Positions 1 through 12,445 of a DNA stretch of 64,000 bases are shown piece after piece (positions within the stretch are counted from its first letter, which is position 1; every line of letters begins with the position of its first letter). The position numbers and the translations under genes were made by a program. The notes beneath the pieces were generated by a model, which did not search any database, was not told the origin of the DNA, and worked only from the letters and a program-made list of their open reading frames with translations. The DNA is from Somniosus microcephalus (lineage: Eukaryota): positions 86,676,001-86,740,000 of the forward strand of contig CM126215.1 in the NCBI GenBank assembly GCA_052327205.1. The letters run 5' to 3'.

Positions 1-705
1 GGCCTGGGGATTTATCCACTTTTTGGCCTGCTAAAACCGCTAGTACCTCCTCCCTCTCGATGCTAATATGTTCAAGTATGTCACAGTCCCCTTGCCCGAT
101 TTCTATGTCTACATCGTCTTTCTCCATAGTGAACACAGATGCAAAAAATTCATTTAAAACCCCGCCTACATCATCTGGCTCTACACACAGATTGCCACTT
201 TGGTCCCTAATGGGCCCTACCCTTTCCCTGGTTATCCTCTTGCCCTTAATATACTTATAAAACATCTTAGGGTTTTCCTTTATTTTGCTCGCCAGTGTTA
301 TTTCATGGCCCCTCCTCGCCCTCCTAATTTCTTTTTTAAGTATGCCCCTGCACTTTTTATACTCCTCTAGGGCTTCCTCCGTCTTTAGTAACTGCCAAAA
401 GCCCCCCTTTTTTCCCTAATGCATTTTTGTATATCCCTTGTCATCCAAGGTTCCCTTTGCTTGTTGGTCCCACCCTTGACCTTTACAGGAACATGTTGGC
501 GTTGTACTCTATTTCCCTTCTGAAAGTCTCCCACTGCTTTGATGTGGATTTTCCTATAAGTAGCTGCTCCCAGTCCACTTTGGCCAGATCCTGCCTTATC
601 ATATTAAAATCGGCCTTCCCCCAATTTAGAACACTTATTTCCGGGCCGTCTTTGTCTTTTTACATGACCACCTTAAATCTCACCAAATTATGGTCACTGT
701 CGCCT
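1..705 (-). mobile_element. CR1-clade LINE fragment (ORF2 middle region), continues beyond the window start
   Basis: Reverse strand reads PKMFYKYIKGKRITRERVGPIRDQSGNLCVE, nearly identical to the + strand CR1 at about 9.1 kb (FYKYIKSKRITKERVGPIRDHGGNLCVE). Confidence 0.85.
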
Positions 706-729
706 TATCACTGCAATTTGTTTTATCTC

Positions 730-1025
730 ATGGCAGCATTAGTTGGAAAAATTGAAAAGTATCGTATGGGGTCTAGCTGGAGTGAGTTTGTAGAAAGTCC
801 ATTTTTATTTTGAGGCAAACAACAGATGTTGAAAAGAGAGCAGTTTTGGTTACCTGCAACAGATACATTAATTAAGAATTTGATTGTTCCTGCCCAGCCT
901 AAAGACAAAACATATGGGGAGTTGGTCCAAGAGTCCAAACAGCATCTGAGCCCGAAGCCACTCGTTATTGCGGAATGGTTCCACTTTAACCGGAGGAAGC
1001 AAAGTGATGATGAAAATGTTTCTCA
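730..1025 (+). mobile_element. Ty3/Gypsy LTR-retrotransposon gag N-terminal fragment, frameshifted
   Basis: MAALVGKIEKY..SWSEFVE, then LIKNLIVPAQPKDKTYGELVQESKQHLSPKPLVIAEWFHFNRRKQSDDENVSQ; matches the typical Gypsy gag pattern P.KP.DK.Y.EL...L..H..PKP.VIAERF.F..R.Q..GE.V. Confidence 0.75.
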
Positions 1026-2140
1026 GCTTGGGCGAGCGGCACAGCTGCTCCGCCGACTTTGCACCCGTTTCAGGCAGAAGTCTAAAATTACCCCAAAGGC
1101 CTCTTTACAAGCCATTCTGTGAGTGAGTGTGTGAATTTGTATCAAATTAAGGGCACTCTCAAGGAACTGGGGCTGCTGAAATTCATTTCATTCTTTACAG
1201 CCAGCAGAGGAATTACACTTTCACATCACTGTGGCACTGAATCCAAATCCAGCCACAGAGGTAAAAAGATGGTGTGCTATCCCTCTGTACCACCCAGTTC
1301 TCTCCAAGACTCTTAGCTGAATTTATTATGGCCTTTTTTTCCACCGAGACTGAATTTATGTAAAGCCCTGCATTCAACTGTTCAGTTTATGATACACAAC
1401 CACATTTTGTAATTCTTTGTCATAGCAAAAATCATGCTCTGTATTTCCTTCCTGCAGGAAAATGCAGAGCTAAATCATTTTGAAAGGTAGCTGAAATTTT
1501 TCCAGAAAGAGAAATATAATTCTAGAAAAGAATAAAGAAATACAAATTCAAAGAGCCAGTCAATGAAGCACACCAGGGGGATAAGGGGGAGAATTGCTCT
1601 GCTTGCTGTGTGCAGCCACGTCATAAATGTATTCAAAATGTACCGGCCATGTCACAACACACAACGAGCAGAGCACATACCTTCCCACTGTGCTCTTCCC
1701 CGACAAGGGTGATGGGAGTGTCGTGTTCTTATATCTGCTCTTGCAGCCGCTGGCTCCTTCAGTTCAGCATTTGTTACATGCTTTGGTTGGATTGCTGTTA
1801 AAATGCAGAGATGAAGCACAGTGCTCTCTCTCCATCAAACTCATTTTCAAAGTGTAAATTTCCCAATCACATCACAATGTAACCTTACTGCAAGCATGGA
1901 TTATATAATTGTTAAAAAATATTGTTATCTTTCTCAAGGGATGCACAAATCTATAGGTAATTTAAAAGCAGAAATTTTGCAAATATATACAAAAATAACC
2001 CTGCCACATTTATACAAACCCGAGCAAGACAAAGTCTGGTTTCTGAAAACCTGCCTGCTGAAGGCCATTAACTTTAGAGTCCATTTATTCTGTCTATCGA
2101 TGATTGGAATTCTGCCACCCAGAAGAGAGCCTGTATACAA

Positions 2141-2281
2141 TAGCAAAATACTGCGGATGCTGGAAATCCGAAATAACAGAAAACGCTGGAAAAAACTCAG
2201 CAGGCCTGGCAGCATCCGTGGAGAGAGAAACAGAGTTAACGTTTCAGTTTCTGAAACATTAACTCTGTTTCTCTCTCCACT
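2141..2281 (-). mobile_element. Short Penelope-like element terminus with fold-back end
   Basis: Shares the AAATACTGCGGATGCTGGAAAT..CTCAGCAGG..GAGAGAGAAACAGAGTTAACGTTTCAG block with copies at 6.5, 46, 49, 50.7 and 55 kb; flanked by a 16-bp imperfect direct repeat gagagcctgtWtaYaa (2125-2140, 2282-2297). Confidence 0.75.
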
Positions 2282-2734
2282 GAGAGCCTGTTTATAACCA
2301 TGAACAGGAATCCCATCATGGTCATTAAATTTTAGAAGTTTTGAAAACACGTGTTGGAGTGTTCACCCTCACTAAAGACTTGCATCAACTCCAGGTAAGT
2401 TTAAAAAAACTCAAGAGATCCAAGTGATCTGCTGAAAACTTTTTAAGTCAAGGTTGATACCACATTGGTGTTTTAAGTCGGGTGAGACTGCCTCTCCAGG
2501 AGTCCCACAGTCTTTGCTCACTTTGCAGTAAAGCATATCCTTAGATTTATTTAACTTTCTCACCTGGGTTACTTGAGTCTCAATTATGTTTTAACAAAAT
2601 CAATGGAGTAACATGACACTGAGGATAATATTTAGATGATGAACATGGTTGACCTGAACCTATGAGATAATAGATTTTATTACATTTGGGACGATTTAGT
2701 GTGAGAGTAATAAGAACGTCTATCATTTTTACAG

Positions 2735-2824
2735 CGCCTGCGGAAGAAAGAGCAAGACGAATATTCAGGCCTCAATTTTAACAAAAGGAACCAGGACACA
2801 GAGGCAGGAATTGGAGCGAAACGG
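2735..2824 (+). CDS. CD247: CD3 zeta internal exon (second half of ITAM1): RLRKKEQDEYSGLNFNKRNQDTEAGIGAKR
   Basis: tttttacAG acceptor, GTattt donor, 90 bp, phase 0/0; YSGL motif; corresponds to the human exon [27 protein letters not shown]. Upstream exons were not found in the window. Confidence 0.85.
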
Positions 2825-3624
2825 GTATTTTGTTTTAACCTCTCTTTTGTAAAACAATAAATGATTCCAAAGAAAGGCACACAAAATAGAAATTTAACAG
2901 GAACATTAACAGCAATATTGTTAAATGTTAGGATAACAATTTCTGGGATACTTAAGAGTTATCTATAATTGTTATTTACACAAGACTATAACGAATACTC
3001 ATTAGGAGACAGAAGAGGGTTAAGTGTTCCATGTTCAATTTCTATATATAAATTGTCTAAACATTCTACAATACATTTTAGGGATCTTTGCACAGTTACA
3101 GCAAGTTATGTCAGCAACTTGATGTGTTGCAAAAATTGAATTTCAAAAATAACTCCAGTGTATCATTTCTATGAACTTGCATAACATTACTGTACAATAT
3201 TTATTTCCATATTCATGACGCATGTCGTCCTGTTCTGAAAATGTTGCAAAGCACAAAAAAAGCCTCTGCCAAGAGCAAATTACATGAAAAATCATGTGGA
3301 TTCAATAAGGAATTAATAGTATAATAATCACATTGCCTCCCAGTTAAATATTCAGTTACTGGAGCACTTGGGTGCCAGCAAGGAATAGAATATAGATCTG
3401 ATGTATGTATTTGCAGACTAGGCCTTCCCAGGTTTTAAGCTGTATTGTGAAACAAATCCTTCAAGGAGAGGTTAGAGATGATTATTGGTTCCTTCACAAG
3501 ATTCCAGCAATGGAAGCAGTAATTATCACTGTAAACCCTCTTGAAGGGAAAGATCTGGTTCTTGGAGTTCTTAGATCTCCCTTTGGTCCATTAAGATCCT
3601 GTAACAAACTAGAATTGCTGGCCT

Positions 3625-4745
3625 AGATGGGAGCCAAATGCAACAAGGATTGGGGGCAAGGTACTGACTTGGATAGAGAACTGGTTGGCAGACAGGAAAC
3701 AAAGAGTTGGAATAAATGGGTCTTTTTCCGAGTGGCAGGCAGTGACTAGTGGGGTACCGCAGGGATCGGTGCTAAGACCCCAGTTATTCATAATACATAT
3801 TAATGATCTAGACGAGGGAACTAGATGTAATATCTCCAAGTTTGCAGACGACATAAAGCTGGGTGGGCATGTGTGCTGTGAGGAGGATGCCGAGAAACTC
3901 CAGTATGATTTGGACAGGTTGGGTGATTGGGCAGAAGTATGGCAGATGCAATATAACGTGGATAAATGCGAGGTTATCTATTTTGGGAGGCAAAAACAGG
4001 AAGGCAGATTATTATCTGAACGGCAATAGATTGGGAGAAGGGGAAGTGCAACGAGACCTGGGTGTCCTTGTGCACCAGTCGCTGAAGGTAAGCATGCAGG
4101 TGTAGCAGGCGGTTAAGGCGGCAAATGGTATGTTGGCCTTCGTAGCGAGAGGGTTCGAGTACAGGAACAAGGATGTCTTGCTGCAGTTGTACAGGGCCTT
4201 GGTGAGACCACACTGAGTATTGTGTGCAGTTTTGGTCACCTTATCTGAGGAAGGTTGTTCTTGCCATGGAGGGAGTGCAGCGAAGATTCGCCAGGCTGAT
4301 ACCTGGGATGGCAGGAATGACATACGAGGAGAGATTGGGTCGATTGGGCTTATACTTGCTGGAGTTTAGAAGAATGAAACTTATAAAATTCTAACAGGAC
4401 TAGACAGACTAGATGCAGAAAGGATGTTCCCGATGGCCGGGGAGTTCAGAACCAGGGGTCACAGTCTAAGGATAAGGGTTAAGCCATTTAGGACAGAGAT
4501 GAGGAGGAATTTCTTCACCGAGAGAGTGGTGAACCTGTGGAATTCTCTACCACAGAAGCAAGTGGAGGCCAATTCATTAAATATATTCAAAAAGGAGTTG
4601 GATATATTTCTTAAGGCTAAAGGGATCAAGGGATATGGGCAGAAGGCAGGGACAGGGTACTGAATTTGGATGATCAGCCATGATCTCATTGAATGGTGGA
4701 GCAGGCTCAAGGGGTCGAATGGCCTACTCCCATCTTCTATGTAAC
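3625..4745 (+). mobile_element. CR1 LINE, 5'-truncated (RT C-terminus plus 3'UTR)
   Basis: VTSGVPQGSVL, INDLD, SKFADD RT motifs; RTRGHSLRI..FRTEMRRNFFT; 3' end gaatggcctactcc..ttctatgt. Confidence 0.93.
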
Positions 4746-4934
4746 ACACTGACCACTAATGCCTCCAAAAAAGAAGAGCTTTTGAGGGCCAGTGCAATGG
4801 GATTTAAAAAAAATATTATTCCACAGCAACAAAGGTTCCACCATCCAGAAAACCTCTGTTGAAGATTTACAATGGAAATGGTTCATTCACTGGCAGTTCT
4901 TATTTGTACACAGAAATTGAACTGCTTTCAAAGA

Positions 4935-5145
4935 AAGCATTGGCTCTTTGCTGGCATATTCGGTACCATCTGCTATTTTGCCTAAGTAGCCAATATTTAT
5001 CTGCGAGCTCAGAGTGGCTTTAGACAGGTTATTCCACCACGCGGGATATCGCAGTTAAGCCTGACATCACCCAATTTTCAAAGATGTCTACTTTCAATGA
5101 GGGGCACTGGAAAGCGAGTGGGGGCAGAAATCCCGGCCAAAATTC
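4935..5145 (-). repeat. Old SINE-like fragment (same family as 45100-45430, opposite strand)
   Basis: Degenerate reverse-complement similarity to the 45.1-45.4 kb element, judged by eye. Confidence 0.4.
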
Positions 5146-5214
5146 AGAGGGAAATAGATTAGTGAGTGAGTGGACAAACAGCTGCTATCACACTGACAGT
5201 TCTCAATAAAAAAG

Positions 5215-5570
5215 ATCAAGATAGGGTTGGAGGCCAGAGGGAGGGATCCAGGTGGATCAGGGAGGCTGAAGACAGGAGAAAGGGGAAGCCTCCAGAGGTC
5301 TGAAGGTAAAGGCAGCAGAAGAGTTCAGCATCGTATCGAGCAGGCATTCGTTGAGGTGGGGGTGCAGGTGGATGAAACGGAGGATGGATCATTTGGATCA
5401 AAGATAGTGAAAACTGGGCAAGGGGTGAGATTAGAAAGAGAGATGAGGTTGGAAGCAAGTGAAGAGGGCAATAGATCAGGATATAGGCTATCATGCAAGA
5501 GTTGTTGAAGCTCACAATTCTTGCTACCTGAAAGGAAGAAAGAGATTTTTGTTCAGTGCCAGAGGAGATG
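5215..5570 (-). mobile_element. L2-like LINE fragment
   Basis: Purine-rich + strand typical of antisense L2 ORF2, similar in character to the 47-51 kb element. Confidence 0.45.
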
Positions 5571-6475
5571 AAGGGTGATATAGAAAACCTCCAGGTTTCA
5601 AAGATATATGTGAAAACCAATTTTAAAACATTAGTACAGATGGTTAATGGGAGCAGTTAAGTCACAGAGTTTCACACTGTTAGCCATCCTTTCATCTTCA
5701 GCTCTTTCCATTGGTAAATTCTTGATTGTTCGTAGTGTTGAACCAGAGTAGAAAATTTATAAAGAAGACATTCTACACAAAGTAGTACTAAGTGGTGCAT
5801 GGCCAATCCCCATCTAACCACAAACCACAGGGGAGTGAGTGCATGTCACACACATCTGGGGGCCTGCAACATGTTTCTTTACTAACAATAGGTCTGAATA
5901 TCTTTTGTACTGCCTTGTATCATTAAATCAGTGTACATATGCTGTCTATAAAGAGACAGCATAAACAGTGCTAAGTGTTGATTTTTCTTTACAAAAAAAG
6001 AAAATCAATGTGTGGATTATGTAGTCCCAATGTTACAAAATGGTCCAATTTTAAATGCAGCAGCCCTAATGTATCTGTTAATTTATTAATCCAAAGCAGT
6101 GCTTACTATAATGTTTCAAGCGGAAGGGAAGGGTAGAAGAAGCACATTCTTTACCGATCACCTTGATCAGAACTGAATATAATCTCAAGGTGTACAAAAT
6201 TATAAATAAAGCTGAGGACAACTAGGTAAACAGTAAGCACCAGATTTTCTTTGATTAATGATGACTGATGAGAAATACTGAACACTTGATTTGCAGCCTC
6301 GAAGGGGCCAACTTTGACTTTTGGGTGCTTGACCGATGGAGCATGCCGGCCAGCCGCACTTGTGGCAGAGGCGACCGCGACTTTGAGGCCCTGGCCTCAT
6401 TTACGTCAAGCCGGTGACCTGCGGGAGCCAAACTGGCTTGCAGCTCGCTGTATTAAGGCTAGCCAGGCAGCCCCA

Positions 6476-6878
6476 CATAACAGAAAATGCTGGAAAAACT
6501 CAGCAGGCCAGGCAACATCCGTGGAGAGAGAAATAGAGTCAACGTTTTGGGTCGAAACCCTTCTTCAGAACTGAGAGAAAAGGCAGGAAATGAAACAAAA
6601 GGCAGTTTGGGGGCTGGGAAATGGAGGAGGGGATGAAAGAAGAGACATTAAGAGATATTCAGGGTGAGACAAGATAGTAATAGGATAGGTAAAGAAACAA
6701 GACAATGGCTCGAAATGAAGTGTGAAACACGCTGGCAGAGTGAAAGACAGCTGCCATGTGGGAGAGAGAAAAAAAAGGGGAAATGTCACAAACCAAAAAA
6801 GTGTGGATAAAAAATATAATAGGGGCCGAGGTTACGATCTGAAGTTGTTGAACTCAATATCAAGTCCGGAAGGCTGCA
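6476..6878 (-). mobile_element. Penelope-like element 3' end (GIY-YIG C-terminus plus terminal repeat with hammerhead motif)
   Basis: Reverse strand at 6832-6879 reads LQPSGLDIEFNNFRS*, the typical C-terminus of vertebrate Penelope ORFs; 11-bp TSD aggcagcccca at 6465-6475 and 6879-6889. Confidence 0.8.
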
Positions 6879-7257
6879 AGGCAGCCCCAGCCAGCAGCAA
6901 AATAAGTGCAGGGATTGGTCACTATTGCAGAGGGTAGGGTCATAGGGCAGCACAAAATTAATTTCAAACTTACCCTTTGCTGGGCACCTCTGGCTCTATC
7001 ACCTGTGGTGCACGCTACGACCAGTTCCAATCAAAAATAACAAATCGGAATGCTAGAACCCCGATATGCATATTTAAAGGGGCCAGCTGCCTGAAACAGG
7101 CAAGTGCTGAAGTTCTCCAAATGGTAGCCAGGGAGTTGGCAGCCTGAGAGATAATTTGATCACTTGGAGCTATGTAAATTTAATTTGCTGGATGCAAACC
7201 ATTAACTTCATAAAACAGTGTTGTTAAATATATAACATCCATTTTTTTCCCTATCAG

Positions 7258-7299
7258 AACCAAAGGAGAGATGATGCTGCTCATAGCGACACCTATTCC
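7258..7299 (+). CDS. CD247: CD3 zeta exon (first half of ITAM2): NQRRDDAAHSDTYS
   Basis: ttttttccctatcAG acceptor, GTAAGT donor, 42 bp, phase 0/0; equivalent of human QRRKNPQEGLYN. Confidence 0.9.
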
Positions 7300-7719
7300 G
7301 TAAGTACAGCGTATGATTTAGAAAATGATCATGCATGCTGCAGAATCTTTATTATCCAAACAGCTCTTTCGTCATTGCTCCCCCCCCCACCCAGTTGAAC
7401 ATTAATAATAGTGCATGTTTTAAAACTTGTATTTACCTGGCACAAAGTGCATTACAGTTCAATCATCTGCCACGGAATTTGATTGACTTGTAATTACCAG
7501 GTTCCGCTGAACTGTGAATAATGAGAGAAGCAGCAGCAGAATCCACTAACTGGAGAGGTTTTAAAACCTGATCCCAAGCAATGGTAGATATGTTCAGGAT
7601 TTGACCAATGGCTGCATAGTTTGGTTCTGCTGTAAAAACCATTCACCGTCACATAGCCTCCTGCAGGTGAGTGCAAGTTGTGGAACTTGTCTCCAATATT
7701 ATTCCAATAATTACAGGGA

Positions 7720-8345
7720 GTCGTAGCAGCTGGGAAACCCAGAACTGCAACACGTTGGTCCTGGCAAATTTATATATTTATTTTTTCTCCGTTTCCCGGC
7801 TGGCAGCCAGCCAGATTGAGAGGGTGGCTGGCTCGCGGGCGGGAAGGCATGGGCTGGAAGGCCGCAGCTGGGGAGTGAAGAGGAAGGAGGGATCGATCGA
7901 TTGCGAGTGGGTGCAGGTTGGTTTGAAGAGATGGGGGGGGGGGCGGGCAGTTGAAGAGATCGCGGGTCGTGGGCGAAATCATGGGTCGGGAGGCCGATCA
8001 CAGTGAGGGAAGCAGGTTAGCTTGAGGGAAAGCACACCTGCTCCTCCTGACCCTTAAGCAGCACTGGAAAAGCACTTACCTGATGGATCCGGTTGTTTTC
8101 ACTTCCCTTCAGCTGCCGGGTTTCCCGAGCCCTGGGAAACCCAGCCCACAGCCGTTATATGTTAAAAAGTCTGTTAAAATTTGAGGCACGCAGCCTTATT
8201 AGCATATTTAAATGATTGAACTGTCTTTCACGAGCAGGTTAGTTGCCCGCCTTCAAGCCTCCTCCATTGAAGCTGGCAGTGGGCACGTTCGAGACAGGTT
8301 TCAGATTTTTCAAATTTTAACCTACTCCCCCACCCCTACTCAAAG
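7720..8345. mobile_element. GC-rich non-autonomous DNA transposon (MITE-like), same family as 57908-58570
   Basis: Blocks cagccagccagatKgagagg and gggtttcccgag..gggaaa are shared with the 58 kb copy. Confidence 0.6.
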
Positions 8346-8669
8346 AAGCCTAATCTGGCATTAACCCTAATCGCACCAGTATCAACATGATAAGGAATGC
8401 AGAGGTATCAGCTTTTAAGTCCATCAACTATGGGCTCAGTCCAGCAAGTGTCATGGATTAATAGAGCATGTACCGATGATTGTCTACACAGTGATTTTTG
8501 ATCATATTTGAGGGAGATGCTGAGCAGAAAGGATGAAATTCTGCAGAACCAGCTTGTGCTTCTTTTGCACATCTCTTAATGGTTGTTTATAGAACAGCAT
8601 TGACTGCTAAATTCATTTGCAAGTGAACTGCATTTTAACTCAAAAGGTCAAAAATAATTTTGTTTGCAG

Positions 8670-8726
8670 AAACTGAATCCCAAGAACAGAAGTGAGCCGT
8701 ACGGCGAACTGAAACCAACTCAGCAG
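8670..8726 (+). CDS. CD247: CD3 zeta exon (second half of ITAM2): KLNPKNRSEPYGELKPTQQ
   Basis: tgtttgcAG acceptor, GTATGT donor, 57 bp (19 codons, like human ELQKDKMAEAYSEIGMKGE); spliced ITAM = YSKL-x8-YGEL. Confidence 0.92.
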
Positions 8727-8859
8727 GTATGTTGAGCATGGACTGCTCCATCAACGGATTACTGTAACTTCCTGGAGAGAACCGTATCCAATTATAAATT
8801 ACAACTTTTCACTTGTATATTCAGTATATAAAGGATATGTCCAGTACCATGTCTGACGG

Positions 8860-10882
8860 CTCAGTGCAAGTATGTTCCCTTAAAGGAAAAGGGTGGGACT
8901 AACAAATCCAGAGCTCCCTGGATATCAAGGGGCATACAAGGTAGGATAAAGAAAAAAAGGGAGGCTTATGAGTTACCGAGTGCTCAATACCATAGAAAAC
9001 CTAGAGTATAGAAAGTGCAGGGTTGAAATTAAAAAGGAAATTAGGAAAGCAAAGAGCATGAAAAAATATTGGCAGGTAAAATCAAGGAAAACCCATATGT
9101 TTTATAAATACATTAAGAGCAAGAGGATAACTAAAGAACGAGTAGGGCCTATTAGAGACCATGGAGGTAATCTGTGTGTGGAGGCAGAAGACGTGGGCAT
9201 GGTTCTTAAATGAATACTTTATGACTGTGTTCACAAGAGACACGATGCAGGCATTGCAATCAGGGGGGAGGAGTGTGAAATATTAGATGAAATAAACAGT
9301 GAAAAAGTATTAAGGGGTTTAGCATCTTTGAAAGTGGATAAATCCCCAGGTCCGGATGAAATGTATCCCAGACTGTTAAGAGAAGAGGAAATAGCAGAGG
9401 CTCTGACCATCATTTTCCAATCCTCTCTGGCTACAGGTGTGGAGCCAGAGGACTGTTAATGTGGTATCGTTGTTTAAAAAGGGAGAAAGGGATAGACTGA
9501 GTAATTACAGGCCAGTCAGCCTAACCTCGGTGGTGGGAAAATTATTGGAATAAATTCTGAGGGACAGGATAAATCTTCATTTAGAAAGACACAGATTAAT
9601 CAAGGACAGTCAGCATGGATTTGTTAAGGGGAGGTCGTGTCTGACTAACCTGATCGAATTTTTTGTGGCGGTAACAAGGAGGGTCGATGAGGGTTGTGCA
9701 TTTGATGTAGTGTATATGGATTTTAACAAGGCTTTTGATAAGGTCCCACATGGCAGACTGGTCACAAAAGTAAAAGCCCATGGGATACAAGGCAAAGTAG
9801 CAAGTTGGATCCAAAATTGGCTCAGAAGTAGGAAGGGTTGTGGTCGATGGGTGTTTTTGTGACTGGAAGGCTGTTTCCAGTGGGGTTCTGCAGGGCTCAG
9901 TACAAGGTCCCTTGCTTTTTGTGATATATATCAATGATTTAGATTTGAATGTAGGGGTATAATTAAGAAGTTTGCAGATGATACAAAAATTGGCCGTGCG
10001 GTGGATATTGAAGAAGCTGCAGACTGCAGGAAGATATCAATGGACTGATCAGGTGGGCAGAACAGTGGCAAATGGAATTCAATCCAGACAAGTGCGAGGT
10101 AATGCATTTGGGGAGGGCGAACAAGGCAAGGGAATACACAATAAATGGTAGGACACTGAGAAGTGCAGAGGAACAGAGGGACCTTGGAGTGCATGTCCAC
10201 AGATCCCTGAAGGTAGCAGGACAGGTAGATAAGGTGGTTAAAAAGGCATACGGGATACTTGCCTTTATTAGCCGAGGCATAGAATATAAGAGCAGGGAGG
10301 TTATGCTTGAACTGTGTAAAACACTAGTTAGGCCTGAGCTGGAATACTGCATACAGTTCTGGTCACCACATTACAGGAAAGGTGTGATTGTGCTAGAAAG
10401 GGTACAGAGGAGATTTACGAGGATGTTGCCTGGACTGGAGAATTTTAGCTATGAGAAAATATTGGAGAGGCTGGGGTTGTTTTCTTTGGAACAGAGGAGG
10501 CTGAGAGGAGACCTAATTGAGGTGTATAAAATTATGAGGGGCCTAGATAGAGAGGAACTATTTCCCTTAGCAGAAGGGTCAATAACCAGGGGGCATAGAT
10601 TTAAAGTAATTGGTCGGAAGTTTAGAGGGGATTGGAGGAGAAATGTTTTCACCTGGAGGGTGGTGGGGGTCTGTAACTCACTGCCTAAAAGGGTGGTAGA
10701 GGCAAAGAACATCACATTTAAGAAGTACTTGGATATGCACTTGAAGTGCCATAACCTACAAGGCTATGGACCAAGTGCTGGAAAGTGGGATTAGGGTGGA
10801 TAGCTCTTTGTCGGTCGGCCGGCACGGACAAGATGGGCCGAATGGCCTCCTTCTGTGCTGTAAATTTCTATGATTCTATGAT
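8860..10882 (+). mobile_element. CR1 LINE, 5'-truncated, degenerate ORF2 with RT and 3' tail
   Basis: [34 protein letters not shown] motifs; 240-aa C-terminal ORF at 10072-10794; (TTCTATGA)n tail at about 10865-10882. Confidence 0.95.
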
Positions 10883-11450
10883 GCTGTATGTCTCACCATC
10901 AATGCCTTTGTGTATATGTGTTATAAACTGAGTAAGTTGTATACCCATCAAAGCAGAAGGGCTGAGTTTGGAGAGAACAAATTATTGTTTTGGTGGCAAA
11001 GAGGAGTTTTAATTTGTCTAGCCTATCACACCAACTGGATAAATATTGCACATCTGAATGATCTACATCTCCAGTACAAATGGTATACAGATCATTGTCT
11101 CCAGTGCAGATGGTGTAGTTTTCATATGATGTGCACGTATACCACTGTCAATGTTTATGCTGTCTGTAAAGATACCCCAAGTAGAAACATCCTGGAATTA
11201 CGTTGTGGGATACTATTACAATAAACACTTAAGGGTAGATTTTCCAAGGACCTTGCCTGTGCCGAGCTCACCTCAGTCTGATTTGCTGATGCATGTTCAT
11301 GACATGCAAGGTGCCACATATGAGCAAGGACTTGGGAAACCCATCTTTAAATGTGTTCACGTGAAATTTAGCATAGACAGTAAGCTATGCACCTGATAAA
11401 CACGTGTTTTAGGAATAAGCCAACTTGTATTTTTTTTTCCCACCCAACAG

Positions 11451-11486
11451 AAACGAAGAGGCAAGGGAGGGAATGACATTTACCAG
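11451..11486 (+). CDS. CD247: CD3 zeta exon (first half of ITAM3): KRRGKGGNDIYQ
   Basis: Poly-T tract with caacAG acceptor, GTAGGA donor, 36 bp; human equivalent RRRGKGHDGLYQ. Confidence 0.95.
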
Positions 11487-11554
11487 GTAGGAAAGAAATG
11501 ATTAGAATTGCTGTCTTCTGAAAAAGACGTACGAGTGATATGCAAGCCAGTATG

Positions 11555-12065
11555 TCGGCCTCCCGTCTTCCACCCGACAAACTTGAGCTCATCCAAAACT
11601 CTGCTGCCCGTATCATAACTCATACCAAATCCGGTTTGCCCATCACCTCTGCTTGCTGACCTACGTTGGCTCCCGGCAACATCTCAATTTTAAAATTTTC
11701 ATCACTGTTTTCAAGTCCCTCCATGGCCTTGTCCCTCCCTATCTCTGTAACCTCCTCCAACCCTAAGAAATCTCTGCGCTCTTCCAATTCTGGCTTCTTG
11801 CGCATCCCCGATTTTAATTGATCCACCTTTTTGCAGCCGTGCCTTCAGCTGCCTAGGTCCTAAGCTCTGGAATTCCCTGCATAAACCGCTCCACCTCGCT
11901 TTCCTCCTTTACGACACTCCTTAAAACCTCCCTCTTTGAACAAGCTTTTGGCCATCTGTCCCAATGTCTTCTTATATGGCTCAATGTCAAATTTTGTTTA
12001 ATAATGCTCCTGTGAAGCGCCTTGAGACGTTTTACTATGTTAAAGGCAGTATATAAATTGTTGTA
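11555..12065 (+). mobile_element. L2-clade LINE 3' end
   Basis: ctcatccaaaactctgctgccc..ttttaaaattttcatc..ctctggaattccct..gtgaagcgccttgagacg tail; same family as the - strand copy starting at 46745. Confidence 0.85.
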
Positions 12066-12445
12066 GGTAGCATATACACAAAACCTGGTAAAAATGGACA
12101 CATTCTTATGTGATTGGTTGCCTAGGAAACCTATTCCACTGGGATTCAAACCTGAAAACTTTTAATCCCTCCCTATCTCCCACCTATATTACGGAGGATT
12201 AAAAATACAAACACCTTAAACAAAGTAAATTTCCGTGATCCCGTGCTCATGGTGGAGTGACATGGCCACAGGGATTGCACGGGGGAAAATCAGGGCTATA
12301 GTGTCTCTGACCCGTATTCTCTGCAAGCATGGGTTTCCTTAAGGGCATCATGGAATTATCACTGTAGAGAAAAATGTATTTAGAAGAAAGTATTTCCCTT
12401 TGATACACACAATTACCTAACAATTTTGGTGGAATTATTTTGCAG

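Noticed and set aside
1201-1260. AG/GT-bounded 60-bp segment as the missing CD247 exon carrying the first half of ITAM1
   Set aside because: Translation PAEELHFHITVALNPNPATE lacks the required terminal Y-x; the true exon is probably upstream of the window.
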